Translations under genes and position numbers: made by a program
In this document: positions 39,253-54,033 of the stretch, one piece after another
Numbering within the stretch: the first letter of the stretch is position 1
How the letters are laid out: the number at the start of each line of letters is the position of its first letter
DNA from: Octopus vulgaris
Lineage: Eukaryota
NCBI GenBank assembly: GCA_951406725.2
Contig: OX597817.1
Coordinates: 102,238,001-102,302,000 of the forward strand
Reading direction: 5' to 3'
Length of the DNA: 64,000 bases
The notes under the pieces: model-generated
Seen by the model: only the letters and a program-made list of their open reading frames with translations
The model's database searches: none
What the model was told of the DNA's origin: nothing

Positions 39253-39803
39253 TACACATACATGTACCTTGATACTAACCCTCACACTCACCCACACACA
39301 CATACTCCACTCACTCCAAACTCCCACACATAAACACCGGAACAACAATGAAAAATAAACAAAAAAACAAAACAAAACTAAGCGAAAGGAAGCCGTCGGC
39401 AATAGCATGATATTAGTGGTCATTAATGTTTTAATAAAAGGGTGGACACGATATCTTATGGGTTGCTCGTTCCATGGCTGGTCGACCAACAAACTGACAG
39501 GAAATGGATATATTTACCTATTTATGAATAAAATATTTGTTCTGGTCCCGCAGCACATGACTGATCTGTAACGGAGACAACAACAACAACAACAACAACA
39601 GTTTAGTAAAGTTTTTAATTCTGCATCATATCAGATGGAACAGCTTGATTTCAACAAAAGAGCCAAAGTGAAACAAAGAGCTAAGTACTAACAAGAAATA
39701 ACAGCTAAATCTTCCTCAGCACATCCTTTTGTGCCCTATGCTATCTGGTGGAAGAACGACCCCTGGAGACTTTTTCAGTCAGCGTTCGTCATTATAATTG
39801 GTA

Positions 39804-40331
39804 TTGGGCAGTTCTCAGTACATGGTTTGTTCAAACTGAGCCCCGCGCACACACACGAGCGGAAGAAGCTATGATGGATTAAACATTTCCTAATGTTTTT
39901 TATTGCTTTGAAGATTTACTTAACAATGCCCATAACAGTTGCATCAGGTGGGAGAAGTTTCTCAAAACTAAAACTGATTAAAACATACCTACAGTCAACA
40001 ATTTCACAAGAGAGATTAACTAATTTGAAGATGTTATCTAAAGAAACCCTTGACTTTGAAATGATTTTGAAAGATTTCTCAGATAAGAGAGCCAGAAAAG
40101 TCTGTTTGTCAATAATTATCTTGACCTGTAAAAAAATATTAAAACTTTCATCTGAGCTTTCAGTTTTTAGCGTATCATTGTGGCTATCGGTGGAGCCACA
40201 AGCCCTCAACGCTTTTTGGCTGAGTCTGGCGTACTATACGAAGCATAAAACATCAATCTTCAGCTTTTGTAGAGTAGAGGGCCCCACTAACAATTCTCTA
40301 ATTGGGAACCGTACGTCCTGCTGAAGCCCTG
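39804..40331 (+). mobile_element. Internally deleted hAT (Tip100-like) element retaining the dimerisation-domain coding region
   Basis: FPNVFIALKIYLTMPITVASGGRSFSKLKLIKTYLQSTISQERL. Ends gccctg and is homologous to 54034-54266. Confidence 0.85.
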
Positions 40332-40962
40332 CACACAATAGTAATTAGAATTAACATACCACTATATTATGTAACTCAATCCTTTATAGATGAAGTTAAA
40401 AAGGAGCATATCTACGGAATATAAATATATCTCTTGTGACAGTTAAATATTTTAAAAAAATACGAGCTATAAGGTGCAGATGATGTGATGAGTTTTGAAA
40501 CGGATTATATGTTTAACAATGTTTTGGAAACCCGTAAACCATGTCAATTCATATTAACTACATTCATATGGTTGAATAGCTTTGATGAATAGCAAAGAAG
40601 TGATTCTTTCTACCACAAATCTCTAGAGAAAAGGTCATACTGAAAAATGAATTATAACTTATTCTAAATGAGCTTGAAGAAGAAAAAGAAAGGTTACAGA
40701 TTAAACATTTGTTGACTAGGTTTTGGACACAAGCATTTATTTTGCTTTATTTTGTTGAATGGAATTGGTTGCTTTAACCAATATTTATGATGTATCGTTT
40801 ATAGCTCAAAAAACTTATTTTAAAAGAATTCAAGAAACAATCTTTACGAATTAATATCTAATACCGCCAATCTGAATAAGAAGCAAGATATCTTCACTTT
40901 ATGGTGAAAGCTATTAAAGCAAGAGAAGAAATGATGAAATGTTCCCTTGAACTCCTTATTAT

Positions 40963-41177
40963 CGGTTTCAAATTTTGGCACGAGGCCAGCAAGTTCGGGG
41001 AAGAGGTTAAGTCGGTTACATTGACCCCAGTGTTCAACTGGTTCTTATTTTATCAACCCGAAATGATGAAAGACAGAGTTTACGTCGGTGGAATTTGAAC
41101 TCAAAATATAAAAAACGGACGAAATGCTGCAAAGCATTTTCCCCAGCGTGCAAACGATTCTGCCAGCATACCGGCTT
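40963..41177 (-). mobile_element. SINE family A
   Basis: Reverse-complement match. Confidence 0.85.
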
Positions 41178-41227
41178 AACTTGTTCTCCTTAATATAACA
41201 ACTAATCACCATTCAGCTATCTTCTAA

Positions 41228-41530
41228 TTACCTTCGCCTTAGCGAAGGTGGAGGTATTGTTCTCAGTCGTGTTTGTTTGTTTGTCCGTGGACACAATATC
41301 TCAAAAACTGCTGGATGGATTCGGATCAAATTTTCAGGGATGTTTGGCCTTGTGACTGGCACGAACTGATTAGATTTTGAGGTCGATCCGATACCGGACA
41401 AGGATTCCGGATTATTTTTTCCTATTTTTTTTTATACTTAATTTTTGATAGCAGTCGGGTTCATTTTGATATTCTCGTTTGTGAGAGCAGTCGAGTTTAT
41501 TTCAGATATTCTCATTTTAAAAGTCATCTC
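41228..41530 (+). mobile_element. Non-autonomous Helentron/DINE-like element (HINE)
   Basis: 5' ttaccttcgcc-ttag-cgaaggt palindrome, a (gttt)n tract, then atatctcaaaaactgctggatggattcggatcaaattttc. Confidence 0.6.
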
Positions 41531-41860
41531 TAGTTGTCTTTAAGATGTGGACATAATATTTTAATTTTAAATCTTAGGGAGCTACGCCAACTTTAAAGAC
41601 GCGATAGATTCAGAACGTGGTTAGAATAGAGTAGTTCAACCGAAATTGATATAATGAACATTTAGCATCCAAAAGACCATAATGTTAAACTGGCAAATGT
41701 TGGGCAGCGTTAGATCCTAAGGGCTATTTAAATAGAGTATATTGAAATAACTGATTGACAACGATTAGACATTGTCGGAATTGGTTGTCATCTTAATATT
41801 CAGGAAAAAATTACAGAGAATTAGAATATAATACTATATAATATCATTATAAAGATGTGT

Positions 41861-42067
41861 AAGGCTGCGAGCTGGCAGAATAGTTAGCTAGCCGGACAAA
41901 ATGCTTTGTGGCATTTCGTCCGTCTTTACTTTCTGAGTTCAAATTCCGCCGAGGTCGACTTTGCCTTTCATCCTTTCGGAATCGAAGTGCCAGTTGAGCA
42001 CTGGAGTCGATGCAGTCGGCCTACAACCTACCCCAGAATTGCTGACCTTGTGCCAAAATTTGAAACC
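41861..42067 (+). mobile_element. SINE family A
   Basis: Matches the family A pattern. Confidence 0.9.
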
Positions 42068-42334
42068 TATATAATTATAATAATTTCTTACATAGATGTT
42101 TCATGTAGCCATAATTGTTATTAGCATAAGATATTTTTTCTAATTTAAGCAGAAGGGCCAACAGTTTTGAAGATAGGGGGCTAGTGGACTGGTACTTTAT
42201 TTTATTGAACCCGGAGTACTGGAAGGCAAAGTTGATCTCGGCGGGATATGGATTCAGAATGTAAAGAGTAGGAACACTACAAGCCATTATTTCACTCTAA
42301 CGATTCTGCTAAGTTTACTACCCTTTATAATATC

Positions 42335-42563
42335 TATTTCTTTATTGTCTACAAGAGACTAAACATAGAGAGGAGAGACAAGGACAGACAAAGCGATTAA
42401 GTCGATTACATCGACCCCAGTGCCTAACTGGTACTTATTTAATCGACCCCGAGAAGATGAAAGGCAAAGTCGGCCTCGGCAGCATTTGAACCCAGAACGT
42501 AACGGCAGCCGAAATTCCGCTAAGCCTTCCGGCCGATTCGCTAGCGATTCTGCCAGCTCGTCG
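42335..42563 (-). mobile_element. SINE family A with Tx1-like tail (an older copy lies at ~42135-42320)
   Basis: tatttctttattgtctacaag...ctaaacatagag is the reverse complement of the tail. Confidence 0.88.
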
Positions 42564-42754
42564 CTACACTTTAAAAATATAATTATGATAGTTTCTTACA
42601 AAGATAACAGCCACAAATAACTGAGGAACAGAATAAAATTAATGAAACAGTAATCATAGTTGTGGAAAAAGATTTTTAAAAAAATTATTTTATCAATCCT
42701 TTTGTATGCTGAATGAGTATCATGCAAAAGATAGAAAGTTATTGATGACATATC

Positions 42755-42946
42755 TGTTTCAGTCATTAGACTGCAGTCATGCTGGGGCACCGCCTTGAAG
42801 AATTTTTCTTCGAATGAATCGACTCCAGTACTTATTTTTTTAAAGCCTGGTCTTTATTCTATTCATCTCTTTTTACGGTGACGTAAACAAACCAACATCG
42901 GTTGTCAAGCACTGGTGGGACACACACATACACACACACGCGCGCG

Positions 42947-43020
<74 letters not shown>

Positions 43021-43190
43021 CACACACAACGAGTTTCTTTCAGTTTCCGTCTACCAAATCCACTCACAAGGCTTTGGTCGACCCGGGGCTATAGTAGAAG
43101 ACACTTACCCAAAGTACCACGCAGTGAGACCGAACTCGGAACCATGTGGTTTGGAAGAAAACTGCTTACCATACAGCCACGCCTGCGCCT
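42755..43190 (-). mobile_element. CORE-type SINE (family B)
   Basis: Matches the family B pattern. Confidence 0.9.
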
Positions 43191-45959
43191 AAGTTGCAAA
43201 TTGTTATTTATTGAGGCCAGATATTTGACCAAAATGCTTATGTAAACAGTAATGTATTACTAATGTTTATTAGAGTAGTCTTAAGTATATAATTCCTTTA
43301 AAAATTATAATTACAATTCAAATATTTGTAAAACATCCTACGTCGATATATAGAATATTTTGCGAACAAGCAAATGTAATTATATTTCTGAGAGTGATTT
43401 GTGAAAATATATATTTGCTCTATGTGTAAGAAGATTAAATTTTGAAAACGAAAGTTAATAGTTTTGTTTTAAAATATTAGAATTCTCCAAATAATTAAGA
43501 ATCAGCAACTGACATGGGTTTTTTTTTCTTTAAATATTAATCAGAAAGAGATTTGGGGATTTATAGCTTCCATGCAGTTTTTGTAAAAAATGCATTTCAT
43601 TTGTATTGAAGAAATATATTTTGTTTGCATTTGAAACAATCGTTTCAACTTTTGAAAAGTTAAGGTACTTCTGTTTCAGTTACATTGCTTTAAGGATGAG
43701 CATATAACTATAGATACTAACAAAGTGCAAAAGAAATATATCTAAATACACAAAAAATACAAAACAAAAACGCCCTAACGTTAATCAGTCATTGTTTATT
43801 AAAAAATTGATCTATTTTTTTATTGATAAAAAAGTTGTCTATTTTTTTTATTGATGATAAGACTTTTTGAAGATTCTGAATTTCAGATGTCAAAAAGCAA
43901 ATCTGAAGACCGTCCATTAAAACAAACAAACGAAAAAAAAACAAAAAGAAATAAAGAAATAAAGAAATTAGTGACAGATTTTAAATTAAAATAGCTAAAA
44001 AGAATAAGTACCATTTATTTTACCTATGTTTTACCAACATTGTTGTTTTTTGTGTTTTATCTAAATTGTTGATTTCTAAATTTTTACCAAAAGATGGTTT
44101 CGAAATAAAGAAGATATACTGAAAAATATTTTTTAGGTAAATCACATTACGAAAATAAAATAGTTTTAATCTCATGGCATTTTACAGCCTTTGAGAAAAG
44201 ATAAAATAGGAATTTTCGCTTATCTTTGTATTTCTTTACAGTGCTAAATGAAGTTATTGGATAATTCCCTCCAAACATTCTAACTCCTCTAAAAGACAAG
44301 AAACACAGCATATTTCCACTCCCTTAAAAAGAGCTCTTCTGAAGCAGTATCAGTTTGTAAACACTTGGTTTTTCGTAAACGCTTTTCCAACGCTTGGCTT
44401 GTTACCATGGAAGAGGTATCTCTATGTCTTGGTTTCGATTGGCTAAAATTATCCAAAATTTGCAAATTTTAAAAGCTATTAACTCTTTATTTATTGATTT
44501 ATGGTGAAAATGAATTTCATGTCAATGTTTACTTTACAAAACTACATAATTACATCAAATATGAAATCAATTGGAACAAAAATTGAAGAAAATGAAAAGT
44601 GGCAGCCAAACATAAAAGATCCATATCTTTAGCTCTAACCGTGTATAACTATCATAAACAAATACAATTGAAGAATCTCCTGCAGTCTTGTTTATCTAAA
44701 GAATATGGATCCAAAGATCAAACTCATTGAAAATAATCACGAACTTTTATCATATATATATATATATATATATAAAACCTACCATCATCATCCCGTTTAT
44801 TCACTAACCACTGTCTTTCTCATATTTAATCTTTCTATCCTGTTTATACGTATTTTATATACCTTCGCATCTTTTCCTTATCCCTCCCTATCTCTTGCTA
44901 TCCACCCTTAGTGACCAAAAGTCTAGAAGTACTGGGTGTGTACCTTCCTACGTGACACGCATACATAATGTTTATGCACTGCGTGGCACTCGATAGCATG
45001 GAATACGTTAACACAATTTTGGCATGAGGACCTGCTAACAGCACCCTCTTCCAATTTATAACATCTGGAACCATATCAACTGGTGTTGATACCCTTCCAT
45101 CAATCGTCCACTTTATCATCTCTGACATCTTCAAGGATTCTGTTATCTAACAGAGATTCTTTCTCTTTTCCATCAGTAAAAGACAACCTACGAACTTTCA
45201 CCAACCACTTCGCTCGTCACTGCAGAAAATACAATCTTTTATTCCACCATTTTATCTGCTTTTAATATCAACAGCACTAGCTAATTCGGGTATCTTTTAT
45301 ATGTTCACCCGATCTGCTAGAAATAGCAGCCAAAACACTCAAACTACACTCTATCGTCTTAAAAAGAAACGGATTTTGGTCCCGAACACACATAGCCGGC
45401 ATAAAAGATGGGAAGATCACGGTTTGAACGACACCTTTGTTCTGTCAGGGCATACCTGGAATCTAAAAACAAGAGAAATACTTCTAGCAATGAATACGTT
45501 TAATGATGAAGATTTACCATTTCGCAATCCAAGAACACAAAGAACGAAAATCGCATTTGCTTTCACACATCGTGAATAATAGTCATTGTCATCATTATTA
45601 ACATGGTCATGACAACATCACTACTAGCATCACTATGAGCAATCTCACTCTCACCACTGTTGAAGTCATCTTCAATATTACCATTCATTACTACTGTCAT
45701 AACCACCGCTCCTATCAACACCTTCAGTATCACTATCAACACTATCATCATCGCCATCACTTCTGCTACTATCAGCAATAACAACCTCAAAACAACCTTT
45801 CTCTTCATCGGCATTATAAAAAAATCTGTCAACGCTGACGTGTCAGTCTTCTTCCACACATGAGGAATTACATATTGGAGAGATTGATAAGCGATCAATA
45901 TGTTATTAAACTAATGCTTTATCTGTCATTCAGTAGCTCGATCGATCAATCCATCCGTC

Positions 45960-46031
<72 letters not shown>

Positions 46032-46033
<2 letters not shown>

Positions 46034-47495
46034 GAACACGTACATCGCGTCCGTCATCTACTACCGCCTGACCGTCGTGCCTTGTCCCGACCCTACCATC
46101 ACCAAACTAGAACGCATTCTCTTTCGCTTCTTGTGGAAAGGATGCGTCCCGATGGTCAGGCGATCCATTTGCTGACAACACCCGTTAAAAGGAGGACTGG
46201 GTATGCCGTGGTTGATGATGCGCAGACACGCGCTGAGACTGCGACATTTCAGGCTCTTCGTAGACGACGGTGAACAGGTGTGGTCGCCGTTTGTGGGGCA
46301 CGCTTTCCTGCAGCTCGTCTCTATGACCGAACTGCAGTCGTGGATCAAAAAGAGGCCGAGGAAGGGCGAATGGCACCGCGAGTGTCGCGTTTTTCTCAAG
46401 CAACTCTGCCGTCCTGGGTCGACCTTGAGTGACTCCATCACAACCAAAGCATTCTATAGGGGATTAGTGGAGGGAGGTACGACGACGAGCTCGGGGCGAA
46501 CCTGGACGTCGACGAGGAATACCTGACCCGCCTGTTCGGGACGACTTTCGGGCCAGGGTCCATGGACAACTTCCAGAGATCCCTGGCCTGGCAGTGCTAC
46601 CGAGAAGCGCTACCCGTTCGGGATAAGCTCTACAGACACGGCTCGAGAAACACGGGGCCGACCTGCCCGAGATGCGGTCAGAGCGACGAAACCGTTCTGC
46701 ACGCACTCGTGCAGTGTCCAACAATTTCCGACCTGTGGGCTTATGTCGAACAACTGCTGTCACGTATGGGACGAGTCGGTTTATCAGCTGAGTCTATCGT
46801 CAATATTGTCACGCCTCCTTCCTTCAAACACGAAGGAAGAGCTATTTTCATCATCCTTGTGGCTATGGCGAAAGAATGTATCTGGTGGACGCGTCTGAAA
46901 GGATTGGAGACAAACACTTTCCTCTCTGGTCAATCTCTCATCAACTTCTTCAAGTACCACTTGAAAAGGAAAGTGAGAGTAGAGAGGCAAGTTTTGTCTA
47001 GCGAATGTTTTAAAAAAAGATGGGTGAATGTAGCAAGGATGGCACGTATGAATGACGAAGCCACCTTGAGCATAATCCTATGAACCCAGAAATTGAAAAC
47101 AGAGGGTTACCCACTTGCAAACAAATGTGGTAACATATAACAATATTGACCGAGGTTACCGTGGTCTTTTTCGTAGGCTTTTCTTCCCACGGATAAACCT
47201 TATCTGCTTCCCCCTCTACACCGTACATCATGACACTGTGATACATGATCCCTATTGATCGTTTTTTTTACTCCTTCCCCTTTTTTCCTCTTTTTTCTTT
47301 TTTTCCTTTTTCTTTTCTTTTGTTTCTTTCCCATTTTTTCTTTTTCTTTTTTCCCTTTTACGATCCCTTTTGATCGAAAACCTACGCCACATTTTTTTTG
47401 TTTGTTTTGTTTGTTTGTTTTGCATCCCCCAAAAGAAAAGCTCTACCTTGTAATTTGTCCTATCTGTGTGCAGCCCTGTGTAGCCAATAAAGAAA
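46032..47495 (+). mobile_element. 5'-truncated, well-preserved Tx1 LINE in a (TATC)n tract
   Basis: Homologous to 23340-24610. GGLGMPWL and CPRCGQSDETVLHALVQC motifs. Ends ccaataaagaaa. Confidence 0.92.
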
Positions 47496-47742
47496 CTTAT
47501 CTATCTATCTGTCTGTCTGTCTTTCTGTTTGACTGTATGTATGTATGTATGTATGTATGTATGTATGTATGTATGTATGTATGTATGTATGTATGCATGT
47601 TAGTCTCTCTGTCCGTCCGTCTGTCTGCATGTCTGTTAGTCTGTCTGCTTGTCTGTCCGTCCGTCTATCTGTCTGCTTCCTGTCTATCAGTCCATCTGCC
47701 CGTCCGTCTGCCCGTCTGTCCGTCAGTCCGTCCGTCTGTCTG

Positions 47743-47827
<85 letters not shown>

Positions 47828-47940
47828 ATTCTAAGCCGAGTCGGTAAGAAAGTGTACATCTAACTAAAGAATATTAAGATAAAATCCTGTTACAGGTCTA
47901 TGCTTGAAACAATGGGTTCAAGAGTTGGCTATCAAGAATA

Positions 47941-48134
47941 GGTGCCCGATTTCTGGGGGCTACTTTAGCGTGCATTCTGCTACAGTATTCGCAGTCTATA
48001 CTGTGAAATTATCTGATCTGGATTAAGATTAGGATTGAGATTAGGGCTTTAGGTTAGGGTTAGCGTTAGGTTTAGGGTTAGGGTTAGACTGCACGCTAAA
48101 CTGTAAATGCCCAAGGAGGCAAAAAAGTAGCACC
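47941..48134. mobile_element. MITE-like element with an internal TTAGGG-type array
   Basis: ggtgc...gcacc ends, 11-bp inverted repeat tttagcgtgca/tgcacgctaaa, and degenerate (TTAGGG)n at ~48020-48087. Confidence 0.55.
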
Positions 48135-48394
48135 GACCGTTGTTCTAACCAGAGGACATATTTTTCTTATTTGTTAAATGGCAGGAAACAATCGTCTGAA
48201 GACAGTAGCGATAGTGTTCGTGACGGCAGTAGTGAGGTGGTTGCCAGTGATTATAATAGTTGTTAGTAGTGAGGAGGGTCAATTGCGATAACAATTCTGT
48301 AACTCAGTTTTAATTGCAAATATTTGAGGAATGACACTAATATGTTTGTTAAAGATGAAGAACACAAGTTTTATAACATTGAAAGTTTATGTTT

Positions 48395-48449
<55 letters not shown>

Positions 48450-48536
48450 CTTACATCGATCATAAAAAGTTTGATCTTGCAGCTTCAAATAATCAAACTG
48501 CCTGATAGTTTCATATTTGTTCAGCGTTCCCTTGCT

Positions 48537-48596
<60 letters not shown>

Positions 48597-49465
48597 CTCT
48601 CTCCTATTGTATTTTGTCTGCTAGCAAATTAGTAAAGTCGTATAAGCATCGACTATCACAAGAGCTCTGTTTCATTAACAAGGTCAATCACCTTCACTTA
48701 ACCACAAGAAACAATACTGCATCTTTATATTCACCATAGCTCTTCAACGCCCACTCTTACACTCCAAAAGGTACTAGTTCTCTGGCACACTTGTATAGCT
48801 TTTATTATATTTCTATAGCTTCTGCAAACAATAGTGTGTCATCTACTAACTAATACAGTATTCAGAGTCCCTTGTAGATACTAACACACCTTTATATTTC
48901 TACCACACTACTAGTCATCCCCAACCAACTCTATTGCTGCGAGGTATGAAGAATATGAAATTTAAGGGCTTCCTCCTAACACTGCTCAACGACGGTGATA
49001 GGATGCGAACTAACGATACATTAATGTCTTGGTCACTGCGACACAGCAGTAGTATGATGACAGTTGTTGTGACAAACGATGAGGGACGATGTAGGCAAAA
49101 CGACGAAGATAGCAGCAATGGTGATAGTGTTTCTCTTCTTGTTGTCAGAGAGCCCTATCAACTTTACCAACAATTGTATTAGAGTTGGGAGAGATAAATG
49201 TCCAGTATTGATTTCACATCTGTCATCTCCGATTAAATAAGATGACTTCTCTCAGATCTAATCTTGATAAAACGTTCGTTTGGGAAATTTTAACGTACAG
49301 TGGAATCCATCATTCTGGAGTATTATTGATATCTTGTTTTGTTGGTGTCATTGTTATTGCTGTTCTGTTTGATGTTGTGACTGTTACTGTTTTGGTACGA
49401 GGACTAAAAACAAAAGGTTGGATGGTTAGCACAGTAATAGAGTATTGAAGTATGTTTTCTTTACC

Positions 49466-49531
<66 letters not shown>

Positions 49532-49925
49532 TGTTGTTGTTGTTGTATTTCCCCACTAAGATAAGAACTACGACATTCACATTTGCAGGAATTATGTTTT
49601 ATATATTAGGTGGTCTCTTAAAAACTAAAAAATAGAAAAGGTGTGACTTCTATTTCGGGTAAAGAATATACAGTGGAAATGAGAAGGGAATCTACTGGCT
49701 AGTTCGAGTAGTATTATTTGCAAGAGGCGCGATAGATGTCGCTAGTTGAAAGATGATTCTGTAGAGATGGAAAAAGATGTAACTCAATATTAGTATTTAT
49801 GATGGCGACTGTCTGAGAAATGATGGAGGGTGTGGAGAAAAAGTAACAAAGAGGGAAAGAAGCAAAGTAAAGGGGTGGGGAAGACAGATGAGTGATTTAT
49901 AACTCAGTAGATGGCTTTGGTTCTG

Positions 49926-50157
49926 AAGGCGGCGAGATGGTAGAAACGTTAGCACGCCGGGCGAAATGCTTAGAGGTATTTCGTCTGTCTTTTCGTTCTG
50001 AGTCCAAATTCCGCCGAGGTCGACTTGCGTTTCATCCTTTCGAGGTCGATAAATTAAGTACCTGTTGCGTACTGGGGTAGATCTAATCGACTTAATCCCT
50101 TTGTCTGTCCTTGTTTGTCTTCTCTATGTTTAGCCCCCTGTGGGCAATAAAGAAATA
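49926..50157 (+). mobile_element. SINE family A with Tx1-like tail
   Basis: Ends tagccccctgtgggcaataaagaaataa. Confidence 0.9.
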
Positions 50158-51133
50158 AGATAACTTTGGTCCTGAGGAATATAATCAAAGAACTTCAGAC
50201 CAAAGCAATCAGTTCAATAATTTATTTCTCTTCATTTATACCACTAATGTACCGAGGAAGGTGAGAACACTTCAACAACGCCGCATCAGTGTATTCGATA
50301 GCCAACTATAAAGCTAAGGAGAAATGCCTCTGTTTAACGATCACTTCGTTCTATTTAGGTTTCCAAACAAAAGGCAGTATTTGTTTTGGTAACTTTAAAA
50401 AGCAATGTTTAGATAGGAGTATTAATCGCCACAAAACTTCGACACGCAAGAGATGGGAGGTTGAAAAGCAATAATTTCCCTGTTATCACCCTTCATAAAG
50501 TTTAACCGTCAGAGAGACAATTACATAATATCCAGCCACTGGTGCAAGCTAGCTGAAGTCATAGTTCGAAGAGAAGGCCGTAGCAATATGAAATATAACT
50601 GTATGCACCAACATACCGAATGCGAAACATCCTATTTGTTTCTATAAAGTTATAAGTTAAGTGGTTGCTGGTGTACTACATAAACCTGACACTGACAGTA
50701 GACGGTAAATAAATAAATAAATAAATACATAAAAGCTCGAGCAACTAGAGAAGTGTTAGCAAACAAAAGATTGGGCCTGTCTGACTCAATGTATCATTTC
50801 TTCTTTAGATTCATGTCTGGTAGAGAAAAATATGAGAGTAACTGTAATAAAACACCTCTATTATTGGAAGGAAGCTGGAGTAGTAAATGCAATAGGAATG
50901 TAAACTTTTGTATAAATGTTGCTCTCGACGTTAACCAACTGAGTGGACTTAGGTTCAGTCCCACCGTGCGGCACCGGACCAACAAAAGGCTTGTGAGTGG
51001 ATTTGTTGGACGGAAACTGAAAGAAGAAGTCGTATATATACATATACATGACGGGCTTCTTTGTGTGTGTATGTGCGTGTGTGCGTACGCGTGCATATGT
51101 ATGTGCGAGTGCGTATGTGTGTGTGTGTACATA

Positions 51134-51195
<62 letters not shown>

Positions 51196-52788
51196 GTAAT
51201 GTTGTCCTACATCTTCAATAAAAATACCGAATGGCTCATTCTGGCCTGACCTGGGTTTAAACTGACCGGCATTTGTTGCAAACATTGCGAGTGTACCGCT
51301 AATACAAATTCCCACGAACCGCTTTCTTGCTCATGTTGTGCCTAGATTTACTGCACTTTTTTTTTTGTAGGGATAACACCGTTTTCTTGCAAATAATTTA
51401 CTGCATCCACTTCTGTTTTCAAAATCTCCTTCAGAGTGGTACAATTAAATGGCTTCAATGTGGATAAGAACAAAAATAAAAACACAAAAAAATATGTAAA
51501 ATATTAAGACAGTTGATGAAAAATATCTAATTGATAAATATAAATTTTTATTAAAACAAAACACGCGAGTGAAGTGAATCTCGTGGTGTGAAGAATCAAC
51601 ACAAAACAAGGTACGGATAAAGTGAAACACAACACAACATGCGGTCGGCATAGTAACAAGCTGTTAATGCCACGCTGTCTGTTGATAGGCTAAACTTACC
51701 CAATTTTTCCCAACTTCAGTTCCAAATAACATCAAATTCTTTAATTTACAAGACAAAGTGATTGGTTGAGCGAAATTAAAATTCAGAATTGCATCGATAC
51801 ATCAAAATTGAAAACAATCTGAGCAAAATTAAAGGGGGTTGATTTTGTGAATGAATTTAACTAGATTCGGTTTTGGTGGTAATGGTGGCAGGGTAATGGT
51901 TTTGGTGGTGGTGCTGCTGCTGCTACTGCTGCTGCTACTGCTGCTGCTGTCTTTGCTAACGGTGATGGAGTGATGATGGTGAGTGTTGCAGCAGCAGCAG
52001 CTGATGATGATGACGACGACGGCGATGATGATCAAAACGAGAAAACATTTGCAATTTACTTTGCTCTGAACGATAGGAAAAAAGAAAAGGACGAAAGAAA
52101 AAGAAAAGAAAAACGGGAGTAAAGTTTACCCAGTTCTAGTTCTTTTGAACTGAAAGTGCTTCCGAAAGTAACAATATCTAGTGGCTAGAGAGAAAGGATA
52201 GGAAATAGAGGGGTAGTGCGAACAGGGTTGAGAGCAAGCGAGTGTGGATGAAAGAGAGAGAGGAGGGAGAGAGGAAGAGAAGGAGAGAGAGAGAGTGTGT
52301 TTAGTAGACAGAGGAGTGTAGACGGAGAAGGAGCGGAGTACGGGGAAAAAAATATCTAAGAGAGATGGAGGTGAAGGTGGAGAAAGTTGAAGGAGAGCAT
52401 ATCCGAGAAAAAGTGGGTGAGAAGGTGAGTGTAGTAGAAGAAAATAACTGAAAGAAAGGAGAATGAGGAATGAAGAAAGACAGATAATAGAAAGAAAGGA
52501 CAGAAGGAAAGAAAGAAAATGAGAAAGAAAAAGTAACGAAAAGTAAGGGAAAGAGAAATGGGGAGACGGGACAACCGCTTTGAAAATAATGTCGTTCAAA
52601 CAAGAATTTCGTAAACATAAAAATCTAAGGGAATACAAGTTGTGTGCGTATATGTGTGCGCACGCGTATGAGTTTTGTCTTTGCGCTCTCTCATATTCTC
52701 CCTTTCACCTCCTTTATTCTCTCTCTCTCTCTCCCTCTGTCTGTCTGTATGTCTGTCTGTCTATCTATCTAGCAATCTATATAATATA

Positions 52789-52865
<77 letters not shown>

Positions 52866-52885
52866 TGTCTCTCTGTATATATACA

Positions 52886-53267
52886 CTAGCAGTATCGCCC
52901 GGCGTTGCTCAGGTTTGTAAGGGAAATAACTATAAAGCATTTTTAGAGAGTTATAGCCAAAAAATAGCAAAAAAAAGGAAAAAAATGATGGTAATTTTTT
53001 TTTTAGTTAAAAATGGTGGAGTTGCGTCTCCTAGACAGTTTATGGTTTGTGTTTCTGATTCTCGACCCCATGTCGAATTTATCGATTTTTTTGAGAACTG
53101 GGGGAACTTTTCAAAATTTTCGCTGCGTTAGTTTTGAATTATGACATTGGGCTATGTGTGTGTCAAGTTTCATCAGAATCAGTTGAAAGCCGTGGTCAGG
53201 GTGAGGGTACAAGCAAACAGACGCACAGAAACACGCACAGACAAACTGCCGTTTATATATAGAGAGA
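52886..53267 (-). mobile_element. Non-autonomous Helitron
   Basis: Minus strand has an A|TC start, a subterminal hairpin (cctgagcaacgccggg) and a CTAG|T end. Confidence 0.85.
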
Positions 53268-54033
53268 TATGTATGTAAATGTATAAATATTACGTATATT
53301 ACATCTGTATATATATATGTATGAATTTACGTATACATGCATGTATGTGTGTGTGTGTGTGTGTGTATTACCTTTTGTGTATTTTTCATCCCTCCGACAT
53401 GCCAATAGAACCGTGTTGACACATGTATAGATGTAGGTTCCTTTCTGGGTAAGCTGATGAAAGTTTAAGAACTTTCTAACTACAGGACCTGCCTGAATGA
53501 TATCTCAGATACATACAGGAAAAAGCGAAAAGAGAATGCAAAAATAAACGTAAAGAGGCTAAATTGTTGAGCGGATTAAGTTGGAGTATTAGCTGTAGAT
53601 GAGATACGAATAGTAGATATAGAGGAAGGTGGGGAGGCAAGGAGCAGTGTTATGGTGGGGAGCAAGAACAAGAAAAGGAGAAGATTTCGTTCCGCAGTAA
53701 AAAAGTGTTTAACTACAAACATTTTGTCCGTCGATCAAGCACCTGTGATCAATCCATCACTGTAGATGTGACCCAATAACAAAACTCGCTGGAGTTACCT
53801 TTAACTTTCATCCATTCGAGATCGATAAAGTAAAGCACTAGGCAAATTATAATTTGGGGGGAGACATATAGATAGAATATGTACTCCCACAAAGATTTCT
53901 GTTAATATACTTATGTTATAGACACTGATGAGCGAATACCAGTAAACGATAAATATCAGAAGAAATGTAAGACAACTACGTTTCACATTTTCTTTCTTGG
54001 CAGTTTTTGAACAATAGCTTAGATGGTTACAGG

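Noticed and set aside
39893-40324. Host ZMYM1-like gene exon
   Set aside because: It lies inside transposon ends shared with a TSD-flanked MITE and has a degraded ERSFS motif.
44880-45290. Possible exon or LINE remnant
   Set aside because: Only faint LINE-like peptides (LEVLGV, MEYVNT), too weak to call.
53448-53493. CTGATGA plus hairpin as a hammerhead
   Set aside because: GAAA is replaced by tctaa, the cleavage triplet is GAC and stem I is bulged. Too many deviations.
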